Of a stretch of 64,000 nucleotides of DNA, positions 12,140 to 26,816 are shown in pieces. Within the stretch, counting starts at the first letter, position 1. Each line of letters opens with the position of its first letter. The translations under genes and the position numbers were made by a program. The notes under the pieces are model-generated. The model had not been told where the DNA came from, did not search any database, and was given only the letters and a program-made list of their open reading frames with translations. Source of the DNA: Octopus vulgaris (lineage: Eukaryota); the NCBI GenBank assembly GCA_951406725.2, contig OX597817.1, forward strand, positions 105,090,001 to 105,154,000, in the 5' to 3' direction.

Positions 12140-13840
12140 CCCCTTTGAGCTACTCCCAGGTTAGCCCTGGCCAAGGATAATTATGAGAAAAGAATTCTTG
12201 CTGTGACCATAGCATTTTCCTCATTGTGATTTGTCAAGGATTACATTTCCCTATGCGTTCCTTTTAAAGACGATAGGTCGTGATTGTTATGATTTGATTG
12301 AGTTTTGTAAGCTACATGTAGGAAGTCCCGCAGTCTTGTAAGACTTCCCTCGCAAATTGGGAGAGTTGATGTGCTGTTGTTGCTTAGTCTCAAGTCAACT
12401 CCAGTTGAGCAAACCTATGATCAAAGGTATTTTAGCCATGACTATTCATTCATTTTATATATTACCATTCTAATGATTTTTTCTTAATTGAAAACGATGG
12501 TTTTTTTCCTTATCACTTAGTCAAGAAAGAGAGGTAGTGTCCATGACTCTATACAAGGTATCTAAGACTGATGGTAGGAAGACATCTTCAAATCAGGGAC
12601 CTAAGCCAAATTCTTGAAGTAGCGTGGATTTCGCTAAAGGTACCTCGCCTAGTTTAACACTACCAGGCGGTGATGTTAAACTAGGCGAGGGATTAAGTCT
12701 GCTGTGTGATTTCGAGGGAGACTACCGTATCAATTAGATGGAGCGATGATATAGAGACTCTTTCATTGGTTTGGATGAAAGACTTTCATAAAAAAGTGAT
12801 TCTCGATTGCTTAAGAGACCAGAGGAAATTTTGCTCAAGGAAGTTTTTGTTTTCTTTATTTTTCTTTATTTAACGATGAGTCTGAATGTTGGCCGAGTGA
12901 ACAGAGATGAGTGTGGACAAGTATAGTTTACTGTGGTGAACAATTAGATTTAGAATAATTAAAATTAACATAGACTCAATGACTAATATTAATGAAATCG
13001 TGTTAAAACAAAAGGGCGACAACCTCGAAAGCGTAATTAATATTAGAAATACCCATGCCGCGAGAAAACGAAAACTTTAACTTGAGGACTAATATTAATT
13101 TAATCCGATATTCTCTAATTAACTAATTAATATATCTGTTGTTGCCTCATTGCCTAAACCAGATTTCATTATTATTAGTTATTGAGTCTCCGATTCTCTC
13201 TCTTCACTGCAAAAGTTAATTCAACTGAAATTTGTTTCTCTCACTACACAAGTTATGTCACCGGTCACTCAACTTCTAGGTTTCATGCGAATGGTGTCCC
13301 TAGGTAATGCCTCTCAGTCATTCAGTGAATATATGTGAGTGCGGATCAATTCTTTGTAGCAGCGGCACATTCTGAAAAAAAAAGCAAAAACGATTGTCTC
13401 ATTGATTTTAGCTTAACAGTCATCGGACACGAACCAAGATCTGTAGCAATTGCACTTATGAAAACTAGAAACATTTTGCTTTTTTGGGTCACCTTAGGTG
13501 AGGGTTGTTTTCTTCAAAACTAGAAGGTCTGAGTGGTCGCTCTGAATGTGAATAACTATCAAAGTGTTCCTTTAAAGATAGTGACTATTTATGTTTGGAT
13601 AACTAAACACTTCTTGAAGAATCTCTTAGTACACCTCTAATTAGGTGATGGATTGGTCAGCGATCTCTATGTTGTTACTAAGACCCAGGTCAACTAGCCC
13701 TGATCCGGAAAGGAGTATCCAGGACGACATTATCTAATGCGTTCTTCTGTTTTTAAGATGGTGGGTGTATAATTTAAGGAGATTTACCTATTATTTCTAG
13801 CAGATCAAGCAATTACATCGAAATTCCCCGATTGGTTTCA
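12140..13840. repeat. Cluster of fragments of an old dispersed repeat (family C, about 250 bp, probably an old SINE)
   Basis: Recurrent motifs caggtcagccct..cctatgatcaaaggtattccagcc..ttttaagacg.tagg.tgtgatttga.ggaga..gctatttctagcagg. Also at about 19720, 20185, 21240 (reverse), 47730, 51550, 51945, 52340, 53815 and 56620. Confidence 0.6.
13458..13497 (+). CDS. Candidate first coding exon of a host gene (signal-peptide-like MKTRNILLFWVTL-G)
   Basis: Acceptor ttttag ends at 13412, ATG at 13458, donor AG|gtgagg at 13498 (phase 1), upstream donor AT|gtgagt at 13335. Lies in unique sequence. Confidence 0.3.
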
Positions 13841-14340
13841 TGTGACATTCTGATGTAAAATTTCTTGAATATTTCTCCTCAAATTACTGACACATAGCGA
13901 ATGGAGAAGTCGACTATATAACAATGGATACAGATTGTATCAGTGGGTTATTTTTTAACAAGGGTGGGGTACCGAAAGCTGTAATCCTTACAGGCCCTGC
14001 CTCTACATGATAAATTAACTCCAAACACCGAGACACGCCTATAACGGCATCCTTTAAACACTATCGTTTCCATTGAGTCCAGACAGACACCTGACCATCA
14101 CCCTACAACACAAACATCTATAATTAAAAGTAACTGTGACATCAGTAACTTCATTGTCCTTGCTGTATTGGGATATGCACCACTCATAGTAATTATCGCA
14201 CTCTGACCAACTCCATCTCAAGTCTCAGTTTTCGCTGCCACCAGAAACACATTGGACAGGGAATAGATTATGAAATGTTTAGTCTCTCACACTCTACCAC
14301 TCTACCCCATTCGATTAACCACTTTATGTTGGCGTATATA

Positions 14341-14900
14341 TTGGGTTGTCCGGAAAGTTCGTGCCGATTTATAGTAGCTTACATTTCGATTTATTTTAGA
14401 ACATGGTTGAGTCCATAAAATAGAATTTGACTCCATTTAGGGCACAGTTTAAGCTATCTTTTCGTGGAAGAAGGTTTATGTTCCTATAATCTCTGTTAAT
14501 TCTATAACCCTTTGAAATAGAAGATAAGAAAGTTCACTTTCGGCACTTGATGCTTTGGGGACCAGACAAAATTTGCTGCAGCTCGGCTGGGATGTGTTAC
14601 CCCACCCTCCATATTCATCAGATATTGCTCCTTCGGATTTCCACTTATTCAGGTCTCTGCAGAATAGTCTTAATGGCAAAAATCTCAATTCCTTGGATGA
14701 CGTAAAAAGATACCTTGATGAATTCTTTGCCATGAAATCACCTCAACTCTGGGAAGAGGGTATTTTCAAGTTAAAGGAAAGATGGAGACGCATTGTGCAA
14801 TAAAATGTTTCATATTTGGTTGATTAAAAATGTAATGGCAAGTATTTATTGAGCGTTTTCTTTCCTTTAAAAATCGGCACGAACTTTCCGGACAACCCAA
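14341..14900 (+). mobile_element. Internally deleted non-autonomous mariner (560 bp)
   Basis: Perfect 30 bp TIRs ttgggttgtccggaaagttcgtgccgattt with TA on both sides. N-terminal EDKKVHFRHLML is fused to C-terminal LGWDVLPHPPYSSDIAPSDFHLFRSLQNSL. Confidence 0.92.
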
Positions 14901-16052
14901 TAATTTGGTTCTCTCCTAAGGAGAGTTATGGTATGTCAAAAACAATTGCTGCATGAATCACCACTAATCATTCGATCTACGGCCTACGTTCGATACATTT
15001 GCTCAATCAGCCCCAAATACTGGGTGGCAGCAGCAACAACAACGGCAGCAAAAGTAACAATAACAACAACAGGGACAGCGGCAAATGCAACGGCTGTCGT
15101 AGCAGTGGCAGAAACAGCATTAACGTCAATGGGTACGCCCATAATACGATTTACTTTCACTGGTCCATTTGAGAAGAGCAGAAGAGAGTCTGAAGCTGGA
15201 TAGAAATATCCGAGAGGCGTGATATGTGCAATACCAACACACACACACACACACACAAAGCGCATTCAAAGCACATACACGCGCGCACGCATGGAATAGG
15301 TCTATTTTATTAATTTTCTGTCTGCGATGAAGAATATCTTGAAATTACTAAAAAAAAAACTCTTTTGCAACTGAAGACATGATGCCCTTGTGAATATGGA
15401 TTCCACTGCCATCAAACGAGACAAACATAATCGGTGAAAAGGAAACGTAATACAAAACTGGTGGATCTCTTCTCAACAACATAAGCGAAGTGCCGTCTTG
15501 GGATTCATTTATTTCAATGTAGTTCAATGCCTCAGACATCAAATATATAATCAGCGCTTCACTTGCACGTTTACAATACGTTTGTATGTGCTGTGTTGCT
15601 CTCTAATGCTGTTACTTGGAGAATGATGTAAAGCATAAATAAAAAAAGTCGCCTTTCATTTTAAAATGTAACTTTTATCACTCGGCTTTCGATAATGAAT
15701 TAAAATCGCATTACTACACAGTAACGCGACAACAGAAAGAGAAGCTTAGGATGAATAGTAGAGCTTCTACTAACACTACCTAGACAGACTATTTTGAGGC
15801 ATCAGCCAGTCACATACCTGTCTTTCAGTCAACATTAACGGCATGCATTGCATGAAACAGTAAACAACTTAGAGGAAACCAGGAATATAGCAAAAGAAAA
15901 AAAAAACTGAGTAGAGATTCACAGACGTTATTGTAAATAATGTGATACAAGCAAATCTAAGACCAAGTCTATGTTGGAATCAGTACCTATTAATCTAGCA
16001 GCAAGATTAGCCATACGCTACTGGCCCCGCGTTTTCAATGCTCCGAGCTGAA

Positions 16053-16420
16053 TGCTATATTATATTACATATAGCCTTCAACTTTTATGAATGACTTGGC
16101 GTCTAGGATAGCTCCAAAACTCAAAATGCTTCCTAAATCCGATACACTTTACATGAAATTACTCATGTGCTATTAGTTTCGATTCGATGACTTTGAACTT
16201 GCTATATTATATTACATCCAGCCTTCTACTACTTCGTTATGAATGACTTGGCGTCTAGCCGATAGCTCCAAAACTCAAAATGCATTAAATCCGATACCCT
16301 ACAATAATTAAATCTAATTATGGTATTTTTTCTCATAAATGGGATCGTTTGAACGAATCAGATTATTGCTGATGACTTTGAACTTGCTCTACTGTTATAA
16401 TAGTAAATTACATCCAGCAT
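16053..16420. repeat. Local imperfect tandem duplication (period about 150 bp)
   Basis: tgctatattatattacat..atgaatgacttggcgtctag..gatagctccaaaactcaaaatgc..taaatccgatac occurs twice; gatgactttgaacttgct occurs twice. Confidence 0.75.
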
Positions 16421-16452
16421 TTTATTGTGAGCTATTTCTAATATTTCAACAT

Positions 16453-16866
16453 AGGTGCAGGAATGGCTGTGTGGTAAGTAGCTTGCTAACCAACCACATG
16501 GTTCCGGGTTCAGTCCACTGCGTGGCATCTTGGGCAAGTGTCTTCTGCTATAGCCCCAGGCCGACCAATGCCTTGTGAGTGGATTTGGTAGACGGAAACT
16601 GAAAGAAGCGTGTCGTATATATGTATATATATATATGTATGTGTTTGTGTGTCTGTGTTTGTCCCCCCAGCATCGCTTGACAACCGATGCTGGTGTGTTT
16701 ACGTCCCCGTCACTTAGCGGTTCGGCAAAAAATAGACCGATAGAATAAGTACTGGGCTTACAAAGAATAAGTCCCGGGGTCGAGTTGCTCGATTAAAGGC
16801 GGTGCTCCAGCATGGCCGCAGTCAAATGACTGAAACAAGTAAAAGAGAAAAGAGAAAAAGAGAAAA
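16453..16866 (+). mobile_element. Full-length tRNA-derived SINE family A (reference copy)
   Basis: A-box-like tggctgtgtggt, B-box-like gggttcagtcc, internal (TA)/(TG) microsatellite, 3' hairpin cagtcaaatgactg and (aaaagag)n tail. Confidence 0.9.
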
Positions 16867-17180
16867 TACAGGTTTAAATTAACGTGATGACATATTCAAT
16901 CTTAAACCGCACGGGCGCAAAGACGCGCGCGCGCGCGTACACATACACACACACAAACGCATGCGCACACTCACACCTACAAACATAATCATTATGCTAG
17001 GGCTATGTCATAAGAGAGAGAATTTTAAAGTTGTGCATTGATGCTACTATAGCATTTAAACAGTGTATTTTTAGGTTGGCTTAAAGCGAAATGACAATCT
17101 GCAGAGGAAAAGTCCGCTCCACCCATTTCAAATTCGTCTCAAACATATTATGTAGCAGATAAATATCAAGCTTTAGATAA

Positions 17181-17700
<520 letters not shown>

Positions 17701-17985
17701 ATGATAAACTGTAGAAACTTTGTATTAATTTCTGTATCTCAACGCCTACTGTGATAGCTGATCTATATACATTGCTCATTGAATGTGTAGTTGGAAGAAT
17801 AACAAGAATAATTTTTCGATAAATAGCTTTTTATGCATTTATTTATTTATTTATATATTTATTTATTTATTAAATTTAGATTGCGTTAAAAATGAAAAAA
17901 ATATTAGGGACCTCTTTTTGAAATATATTTCAGGCCTTGCACTAGCTTAATCCGGTCCTGGATTAACAGCAACGACAAAACTAAT

Positions 17986-18015
17986 CACCACCACTACTAC
18001 TGCAGCAGCAGCAGC

Positions 18016-18076
<61 letters not shown>

Positions 18077-18096
18077 GCAGCAGCAGCAGCAGCAGC

Positions 18097-18152
<56 letters not shown>
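17986..18152. repeat. Compound (CAG)n/(CAA)n microsatellite
   Basis: Direct reading. Confidence 0.95.
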
Positions 18153-18153
<1 letters not shown>

Positions 18154-18834
18154 CAGAACAATTAGTGGTAGTTATTTGCATGCACTCTGCGCTACCAACA
18201 ATTGTTATTTAACAAACATCTGAAAGATTTCCTATTGTTATCATAACCATTTCTAGGAAAGTATTTCTATCGCATTTTATTTTTCTCGTAAATGATTTCG
18301 TTTGCGCATAATTTTGCATTTTAGTTCCTTTTTTTAAACGGTTTACATTTTTGTATTAACCGTAGAGCGCCCAGAATATACATATGTGTGTGTGTGTGTG
18401 TGTGTGCGTGCGCGCACACATACATACATACATACATACATACATACATACATACATACATACATACATACATACATACATACATACAGCTGCTTCGAAA
18501 CCTCCAGCTTCTATATCCAGACTATGAATTCATACCAATAAGAAAAAGATCCCTTAAAATTTTTAACGACTCCAGGACGAATATCTTCAACGGATTCCAG
18601 ATAAACTACCAACTCCCGGGTATTTCTTTGCAAATAATACGGGGTGTGTTCATTAAAGATTTCCCTTGACCCACTTCCTAAGGACTGGGATAAATAAAAC
18701 TTGGCATAATTATTGGTCCTTCTCTACATAGCCACCATCAATGCTTTATGCAACTTTGGAGACCTCGTCTGTAGAAGTCGGTAGGTTGCGTCTGGTGCCG
18801 AGACTACCTCGGAAATTAGTTGATCATCATTTAG

Positions 18835-18971
18835 AACGGGCTTCTTTCAGTTTCTGTCTACCAGTTCCACTAACAAGGCTTTGGTTGGCCCTAGTTGCCT
18901 CCCAGTGGGACTAAACCCTCGAACCATGTGGTTGGAAAGTAAGCTTCTTACTGCACATCCACTCTGCGCCT
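18835..18971 (-). mobile_element. SINE family A 5' fragment
   Basis: acgggcttctttcagttt..gaaccatgtggttgg..ctgcgcc. Confidence 0.7.
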
Positions 18972-19261
18972 CGTCATAAATAATTAAAAGGCGAGTGGAG
19001 CAGTTGCGTAGCTAGAAGAGGGTCGAGAGAGGCGGTCTGTCCCGGGCGACTCTTTTATGGTGGTAACACTTTTGGTCTGCTGCATAAGCTTGTATAGGTT
19101 GGGGGTGACACGAGGCAAGTGGCAAGCTCTATCGCTGTTCCGTGCGGCACTCACTGGTTCTGAACCGCTGTAGGGTAGTGATGGAGGAGGAATCAAAAAC
19201 ATTTTTTCGGATGGATAGTAGCCTGGTGTTTGCTATCTGGATAAATTCTGTTCAAGAAGCA

Positions 19262-19427
19262 AGCCGTGGCTGTGTGGTAAAAAGTTTGCTTCCCGATCAC
19301 ATGGTTCCGGGTTCAGTCGCATTACGTGACACTCTGGGTTAGTATATTCTACTATAGACCCTGGTTGCCGACCAAAGTGAATTTGGTTGACGGACACTAA
19401 AAGAGGTCATCGTGTGTGTATGTGTGT

Positions 19428-19470
<43 letters not shown>

Positions 19471-19692
19471 TGTGTGTGTGTGTGTGTATGTGTGTATGTG
19501 CACGCGCACGAATGTATGTGCGTGTGCGTAAAAAACCAACACCACTTTATAACTGGTGTAACTTAGCGGTTCGGCATAAGAAACCAATAGAATAGGTACC
19601 AGGCTTAAAAAAAAGTACTGGGGGCGATCGTTGGACTGAAATCTTTCAAGGCAGTGCCCCAGCATAGCCGTAGTCCAATGGAAAGTTCAAGT
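19262..19692 (+). mobile_element. SINE family A, diverged
   Basis: Head gtggctgtgtggtaa..ggttccgggttcagtc; tail cccagcatagccgtagtccaatg. Confidence 0.75.
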
Positions 19693-20783
19693 AAATGATA
19701 ATAGATAATATACAGTTCGAATTATCAAGGTGGTGGATTTCCGTTGAAAGTAATTTGGTTGCTATCTCTAGCAAGTCGAACAGCTGCATCAAGTCCCACT
19801 GTTATCATTGGCACACACACACAAAACAAAAAACCCAACTATCTGGATTCCTGGGTTTCAATAGATTCCGACATTCCAGAATGGACATTCATAGAAGCAA
19901 TAAAGCAAACTATATCACAAGGAGCTTCTAATTTATTTATTTGTTTGTTTGTTGGTTTGTTGGTTTATTTTTGATGGTTTGATATATTGGATGGTCAGAA
20001 ATAATAATATTGGTGCACAATAATTTTCTATCAAAGATCTTTGTTTAATTAATATTAGGAGATATTACATTCGGGTACTATGGACAGAACTCAAAGAATC
20101 GATATCAACCCGTATGCAGTGTAGCTAAATATAGATTTTTTAATAAAACAGCCTACACTACAGAATATTCCGATATTTTCTGGGATGTTGCTGTTAGCTC
20201 CAGGTCAAACTTGATTAAGTAAATATACAGTCAAAAGTATACCAGCCATGACCATCGCATCTTTTTAGAGAGATCTAGGAGTACATTCTTCAATGTATCC
20301 TGTTTTCTTTCTTTCTTTTTTCAAGACGACAAGGACTTGAGTCGTGAGAGATTTAATTGCTATTTTCAATAAGTCGAATAACTACGTAGACGTTCTCGCG
20401 TTAGTTTGTGTCGCAGTGTGTTATGTATACGAAGGATTGCTGTTTACGACTTTTCTTATAGTGTGCAGCCACTTCAAAAGTTTTTCCTTTCTCTTATCAC
20501 AAAAGAACGTTGATTGATACTGAAAGCTCATGTCTGGTTTTTATGATCCTACAATCAGAAACACTGCCATCCTCAGTATACTGGGGATTATGCAAGTATA
20601 TTTATATACATATTAGAAATACTGCCAAACTTTCATCTCATCACCTGTAACACACACCCTCTTCAGCTCAAACCTTACAACGTCTCTTATGCTCACTATC
20701 TCTTTGAAGGAATGAAATAGAAGGAAAGAGAAGGAGAGAAGGGGAGAGAGAAAGAGGATGAGAGAAGGAGAGTGAAAGAGAGA

Positions 20784-20836
<53 letters not shown>

Positions 20837-20845
20837 GTCTTCTGG

Positions 20846-20950
20846 CAGACGAGAGCAGACGAGAGTAGACAAGACCAGACGAGAGCAGACAAGAGCAGAC
20901 GAGAGCAGACAAGAACAGACAAGAGCAGACGAGAGCAGACAAGAGCAGAT
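20846..20950. repeat. 10 bp minisatellite (cagacRagag) about 10 copies
   Basis: Direct reading. Confidence 0.9.
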
Positions 20951-21407
20951 TAGAGCATCACCCGTTCTATCTAGTTCATCGCTATTTGATAATATTTCCC
21001 TCGTGTAAAGTGACGTCAATGTAGACTGATCTGGATATTGAAGAAGGAAGCTTTACGATGGATGCACTTTCTCAAATCATACACCGGACAATGTAATTTC
21101 TGTTATACAAAAAATTGGGAGTCACGATTGGTAGCCACAGAAAGACGAGATAGTCACACCTTTCAGCAGAGGTCTCTTAGAACAAGACTGATCTAGAGTC
21201 AAATAACATAGTTTACTTTGTGCATTGAGAAAAAACTTCTGGGTGGTCAAGTAGTCTGCTAGAAATAGCAGCCAAATTTCTCTCGGTTCATATCCTATCA
21301 TCTGAAATTAGGAGAAAACACATTAGACAACGCAATCTTATACATCTATACATATAAAAATACTATACACAAATAAAGAATCTTTATCCACCAATGCGGT
21401 GGCATTT

Positions 21408-21542
<135 letters not shown>

Positions 21543-21569
21543 CGTGTGCACGTGCGCATGTAGCCTCTA

Positions 21570-23700
21570 AACGTCAAACATTTTCTATCATCATGAGCAG
21601 CAAACTAACAGACTGGATTTCAACCTTGGGAAATTTCAAGTTCGGCCTTCCAAAATTGAAATCACAGGAGAAAGCGATGACGAGTTTCCCAGTTTCAGTT
21701 TCTATCTCTATATCAGGTAAACTACACAAATTCACTGTATTTGAATTTGTCGTGCGCTAATTGATATGCAAACCTGTGTTTCTGTAAAACAACGGACAAC
21801 TGATCTAAAGTAATATTGTAAGTTCTGCATCTGAATTTTTCTCTCGCAGAAAGGATAACTTCCCCTGAGGCTCGTGCTGGAATTGTAGCATATTTGTTGC
21901 TCGTTCTTGTTTGTTGTTTTGTAGATTGTGTTTTCACACGTGTTCCTGGCATTCAGTTCCAACTCTTCATACCTATTCTGAAGTGATTTCAGAAAGCTTT
22001 CCAAAGAATCAATTAGATCCATCACTTTATTCAAATCATCTTCAACCCCTTGAAGAGCTTTATTTATACTGTTAAACTGTACAAGAATTAAATGCCAATT
22101 CATAACCATCAGAGCAGTTTTAAGACAATCCATTCTGTCTGCCAACGTCTGACCTTTACATCTTGCTTCAGATGTTTGTGTTATATCGTCTTCAATATAT
22201 TTGGCTACATTTTGAATGTAGTTATATCCATCAACGAGGGCTTCAGTAGCAGCGTGTATCTGACCAACGTGTATCTGACAAACATTTCGAAGTTAGTGTT
22301 CTTTTGTTTCATTCCAAAGCTTTCATTAAATTTACCCATCTGTGTGTCGACGTAGAATAAAAGGTGTATAACATTTGTATGAATCCAAAATAGCTAACAG
22401 ATTCAACAAGGCAAGAAGCGATAGCTTGTCCTACAACAGTCAACAAATGAGCTGCATAGGAAAAGAAAATTGCAGCCAAGTTCTTTTCTTTAAGTTCGGC
22501 TTGCATTCCTGTTCAGCGAGCGGACATATTACTGACGTTGTCATACGACTGATCCCTACAGTCTCCAAAATTTATTCTCCCTCTTTTTTCAGAAATTCTA
22601 GGAGAGATATAGCTAGCATTTCAGCTTTGTGAGAACTAGTCTACACGAAAGTTAAAAATCATTCAGTCAGCTTCCATGAAACATCATAACATACAATAAC
22701 TGTTAGCTGGTTAGCATGAACCTGTTCGGGTGTTGAATCTACATGACAAAAACTTGGCAGTTTTAAGTTCTCCTACAATATGATACATAACATATTTTAC
22801 TATTAACAGAACAATTTCTTTGTAGACGGTGGGTGATGAGTACGGTCACTTCTCACTTTCGGCATAACTAATTCCTTTCAAGTAACGCATCAGAAATGGA
22901 TCAAATTGTGTAACAAGTACCTTAATTCTTAAAAGAATTCCCTTTATACTTAGATCATTTAGTTTCTCTATTACGCTTAAACGTCAGGTTCTTTTTCCGG
23001 CTAGAAATATTGATCCGGCCACAATACAGTGCAATGATTCAGTCAAGTATTTCACGTTTTCCAGCTCATATTTCCCCACTCCATGTTAACACGAGAAGAT
23101 TCCCTACATAAAAGTTTGAACTTCATTACAGAATCTCTGTGGCCTTGGCTTCGTTCACGCGTTTTCATTTTCTCCTCTACCTTTTCCCAGTCGTTAAAAC
23201 TATCCTGATTGAAAAACCTGTCACATGGGCTTCACATCTAAGTACAGTAAAAGCAATAAACTGCACCCTTTGTTGGGTTGCACGGGAGCCACAATCTCAA
23301 AAGCAACTTGCTATTGTTATAAAACATCAAAGTTTTAAAATGATGAAAGTGTTCATCCAGCTAGTGTTCACTTGATTGATAATGGTGTCGAGAATCTGGG
23401 TAGGAGACGAAGGCATAACTTATTTTGATCCTCAAAATGAACACATACTTTTCTTTTGCAGAAAACCACATGGCTTGGTCTAGACCCTATGATAGCGCTT
23501 CATTATCTTGTTAGTAAGATGTAGCAATTCTTCATCTTAAATATTTTTAGTCAACACATTACTCCTATTTGCTGCAGATGTATTTGTGAATGCGGCTAGT
23601 TCTTCTGGCACTGATTCTTCATCTTTAGTTTCGAAAATTTCCTTTTTTGAAGCAAAAAAAAAAACAAAAAAAAACTGTAAGGCGTTGTGTCTTTACCAAT
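21570..23700 (-). mobile_element. Decayed hAT transposase (Tip100/ZMYM-like)
   Basis: Minus-strand fragments DSTPEQVHANQLTVIV, RDQSYDNVSNMSG, MQAELKEKNLAAIFFSYAAHLLTVVGQ, YTFYSTSTHRW, LVQFNSINKALQG, with many stops and frameshifts. Termini not found. Confidence 0.7.
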
Positions 23701-25204
23701 ATAGCAACATATTTTTTTTCACTTCTATTTTTGGAAAATTTTCTCTTCTGTGTTCCAGATAACTGAATTTTCTGTAGCATGCTGGATATTCTGAGAGTGA
23801 ATATAATCTGAATAGAAGCAAAAAGAAAATAATCTAAGACATCCCACCCACCCCCAAAAAGCAAGAAAAGGAAACAGGAACTGATAACTGCCATGTAGAC
23901 TCATTTCGTTTAATTCTGTCATATGCATATTAAACTAGACAGTTTAAGCGTACCTCTGTTACTCCTACGATTGGGGCATAAAAGTAGGCCTGCTGTCAAA
24001 GTTAAACAAATGTTAATGAAAAACAGTTCGAGCAATTAATAGCAAATCAAGGATTACAGATTAAGGAAGTCATTTCTAAAAAATTACTTTTCTTCGAAAT
24101 TATGTTTCACTTTTATGGGAAACGAAGAAGCTGGAAACGAAGAAGCGTAAAAAATGCTTCAGACAAAAATAATAGCTTGCAGAGAAATTACCTATTTCAT
24201 GGATATCCCTCGACTTCAAACAATCTTATGATGATATTTGAGCTTGTAACTTTCACTTTTGTTTAACAAAATGGTGTCTGCAGATGTAACTACCCAAACC
24301 ATTTTACGACAGAAGAAAGTATTTTGGATTGAAGTTAAGATGTGCTGTTGTTAGTGATGACCCTTGAGTATATTTTCTTTATTTTGACATTTTTTCCGAT
24401 TTTTATTTACATTCACCTATTTACAGCCGCGAACTTATGGTAGTAGACGTTCACTGAAATAACAACTAATGCAGAGATAGCTGAAAATTGGTGGTCATAA
24501 ACAACCTAAATGATAAAAATCAGCGAAAATGAACGCTAAAGCTACAGAATAGTTCCAGCAACAGTGACAGGTACTAAATCACTGTCATCAATGAAAATAT
24601 TTTGGCGTAAGTGGAAACGGTATGGTAAACAACATCAGCCAAATTTATATTTAATTTTAAACAACATGAAAATAACAATACCAACAAAAAATACCTCGAA
24701 AAAATTAACGATAGAAACAATTTTAAATATTTTCAAAAAATGAACAATAAATTCTAATACATCAAAAAATATTAACTGCAAACAATTGAAAACAAAAAGA
24801 AAATCCGAAAAATTAAGGCGATCTTTCACTTTAGAGACATGAGTAAAATCTCAGCGAAAATGAAACCAATAATAATGGGGAATGTACAAAAATAAGTTGG
24901 CTATCCTTATCCGAAATAATAAGTTAATGCATAAAAGTACCTTATTGATTTCTCTTTTTGTTTTTCAATAGCATCATTTTGTTAACTTATTAAGGTAACA
25001 TTGATGAAAATGAGACATTTATTATAAATCAGAAGAGCCAAATAATTTTTTGTGCAATTTCTATTATTGTTGGTTTCAATTTCAATGCCGTTTCATTTTG
25101 TATGTTCCTAAACCAAAAGATTTCCAAAATCAACTCTTCATACGAACACATCTTCACTGTAAGAGACTCCTCCTTGAAGTGCTCAAGAGATTTGGACTTG
25201 AGCC

Positions 25205-25582
25205 GGTAGATGAGTAAATGTAATGAGAAGCAAGTCAGGCAAGTCGATCTACACAGAATATTAAATATATTTAATAGAACAAAAAATGTACATGTATATG
25301 TTTCCATCCTTAAACTCCATCCTGTCAACATCTCAAATGTAAAATTCTCCCCTGAAGACGGATGCGGTGTTATCCGATAATGGATTAAAGTAACTATCAT
25401 TATTCCGGACCACCAAGTCCCGACAAACAGCTGTTGGACTCGTAAAACTTCACCCATTTAACTCCTGATATATTTTTATATTCTGTAAGTCGAATTATTT
25501 TATATCCATACACATTTGTTTCCATTAAATGTATTTACTATTCTGTTAAATCGACTTGCCTAACTTGCTTTTCATTACATTT

Positions 25583-25590
<8 letters not shown>
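25205..25590 (+). mobile_element. Fold-back element with degenerate central hammerhead
   Basis: Arms agtaaatgtaatgagaagcaagtcaggcaagtcgat.. / ..atcgacttgcctaacttgcttttcattacatttact. Centre cc-CTGAAGA-cgga..tccc-gacAAA-cagctg-TT-gga (about 25348-25438). Confidence 0.6.
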
Positions 25591-25674
<84 letters not shown>

Positions 25675-25679
25675 ACAGA

Positions 25680-26340
25680 TGAGAACCAGAGATTCTCAAT
25701 ATAGAAAACACTTTGTAGCGCTCAAATGATTCGAACTTAGACTCCGATATCTTCCCGAGGGACCAATTCTGCGGGGTAAAGAGTGGCTATAAGTGGAATC
25801 AAGTGAGCAGATATGCAGGGAATTATTTGGGTAAACAAATTAAATATAACAGTTTGGGTTTAACATACAAAATGCGTATATATGTATTATGGAAAACGAG
25901 AGAAAGCAAAGTCTGATGACTTTCAGACGATGAATATCTAAATATAAATATATAGATATTTATATTAATAGATCAAAATTACACCTAATACGAAGGACAG
26001 AGAAAATTAAATTGGAAGAGGTAAGGTGTTATAAGTTCGATAGCTGTTTGTGGGAGCTCGGAGGTCCATCATAATATTTGTAGATATAGTTCAGCCCAAT
26101 ATGCAGGCCGTAATGGAAGCAAATAAACATTGGATGAATCAAGCCTCTGTCTCGTTCGTTTTTTTTACAGTGTAAGTTTGATTTATTAATATAAATATCT
26201 ATATATTTATTTATGAATATTAATCGTCTGAAAGGCTTTGCTTTCTCTCATTTTGCATGTATACACACGTATATATATATATATTGTATATCAAACGCAA
26301 GCTGTTATTTTTAATTTGTTTATACACATAACTGCCTCTC
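25680..26340 (-). mobile_element. Fold-back element with degenerate central hammerhead
   Basis: Inverted arms at about 25820-25990 and 26165-26338. Minus-strand centre atgatggacctccgagctcccacAAAcagctaTC (about 26033-26078). Confidence 0.5.
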
Positions 26341-26359
26341 TCTCTTTCCCTCTCATATA

Positions 26360-26443
<84 letters not shown>

Positions 26444-26449
26444 TGTACA

Positions 26450-26697
26450 TTGTCAAGCATCGTAATGCTAGGGGAACAAACACAGACACACAAACATATT
26501 CACACACACTTATATATATATGTACATATATACGACAGGCTTCTTTCAGTTTCCGTCTACCAAATCCACTCACAAGGCATTGGTCGGCCCGGGGCTATAG
26601 CAGAAGACACGTGCCCAAGATGCCACGCAGTGGGACTGAACCCGGAACCATGTGGTTGGTTAGCAAGCTACTTACCAAACAGCCACTCCTGCGCCTA
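26450..26697 (-). mobile_element. SINE family A, 5' two-thirds
   Basis: ttgtcaagca..ggcttctttcagtttccgtctaccaaatccactcacaagg..cagccactcctgcgcc. Confidence 0.85.
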
Positions 26698-26711
26698 TAC
26701 ATGTATATATG

Positions 26712-26816
<105 letters not shown>

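Noticed and set aside
16455-16530. tRNA genes
   Set aside because: The A/B-box-like heads belong to SINEs and no complete cloverleaf is evident.
20846-20950. Regular short repeats (also 11351-11420) as a CRISPR-like array
   Set aside because: They are contiguous tandem units with no unique spacers and no cas genes.
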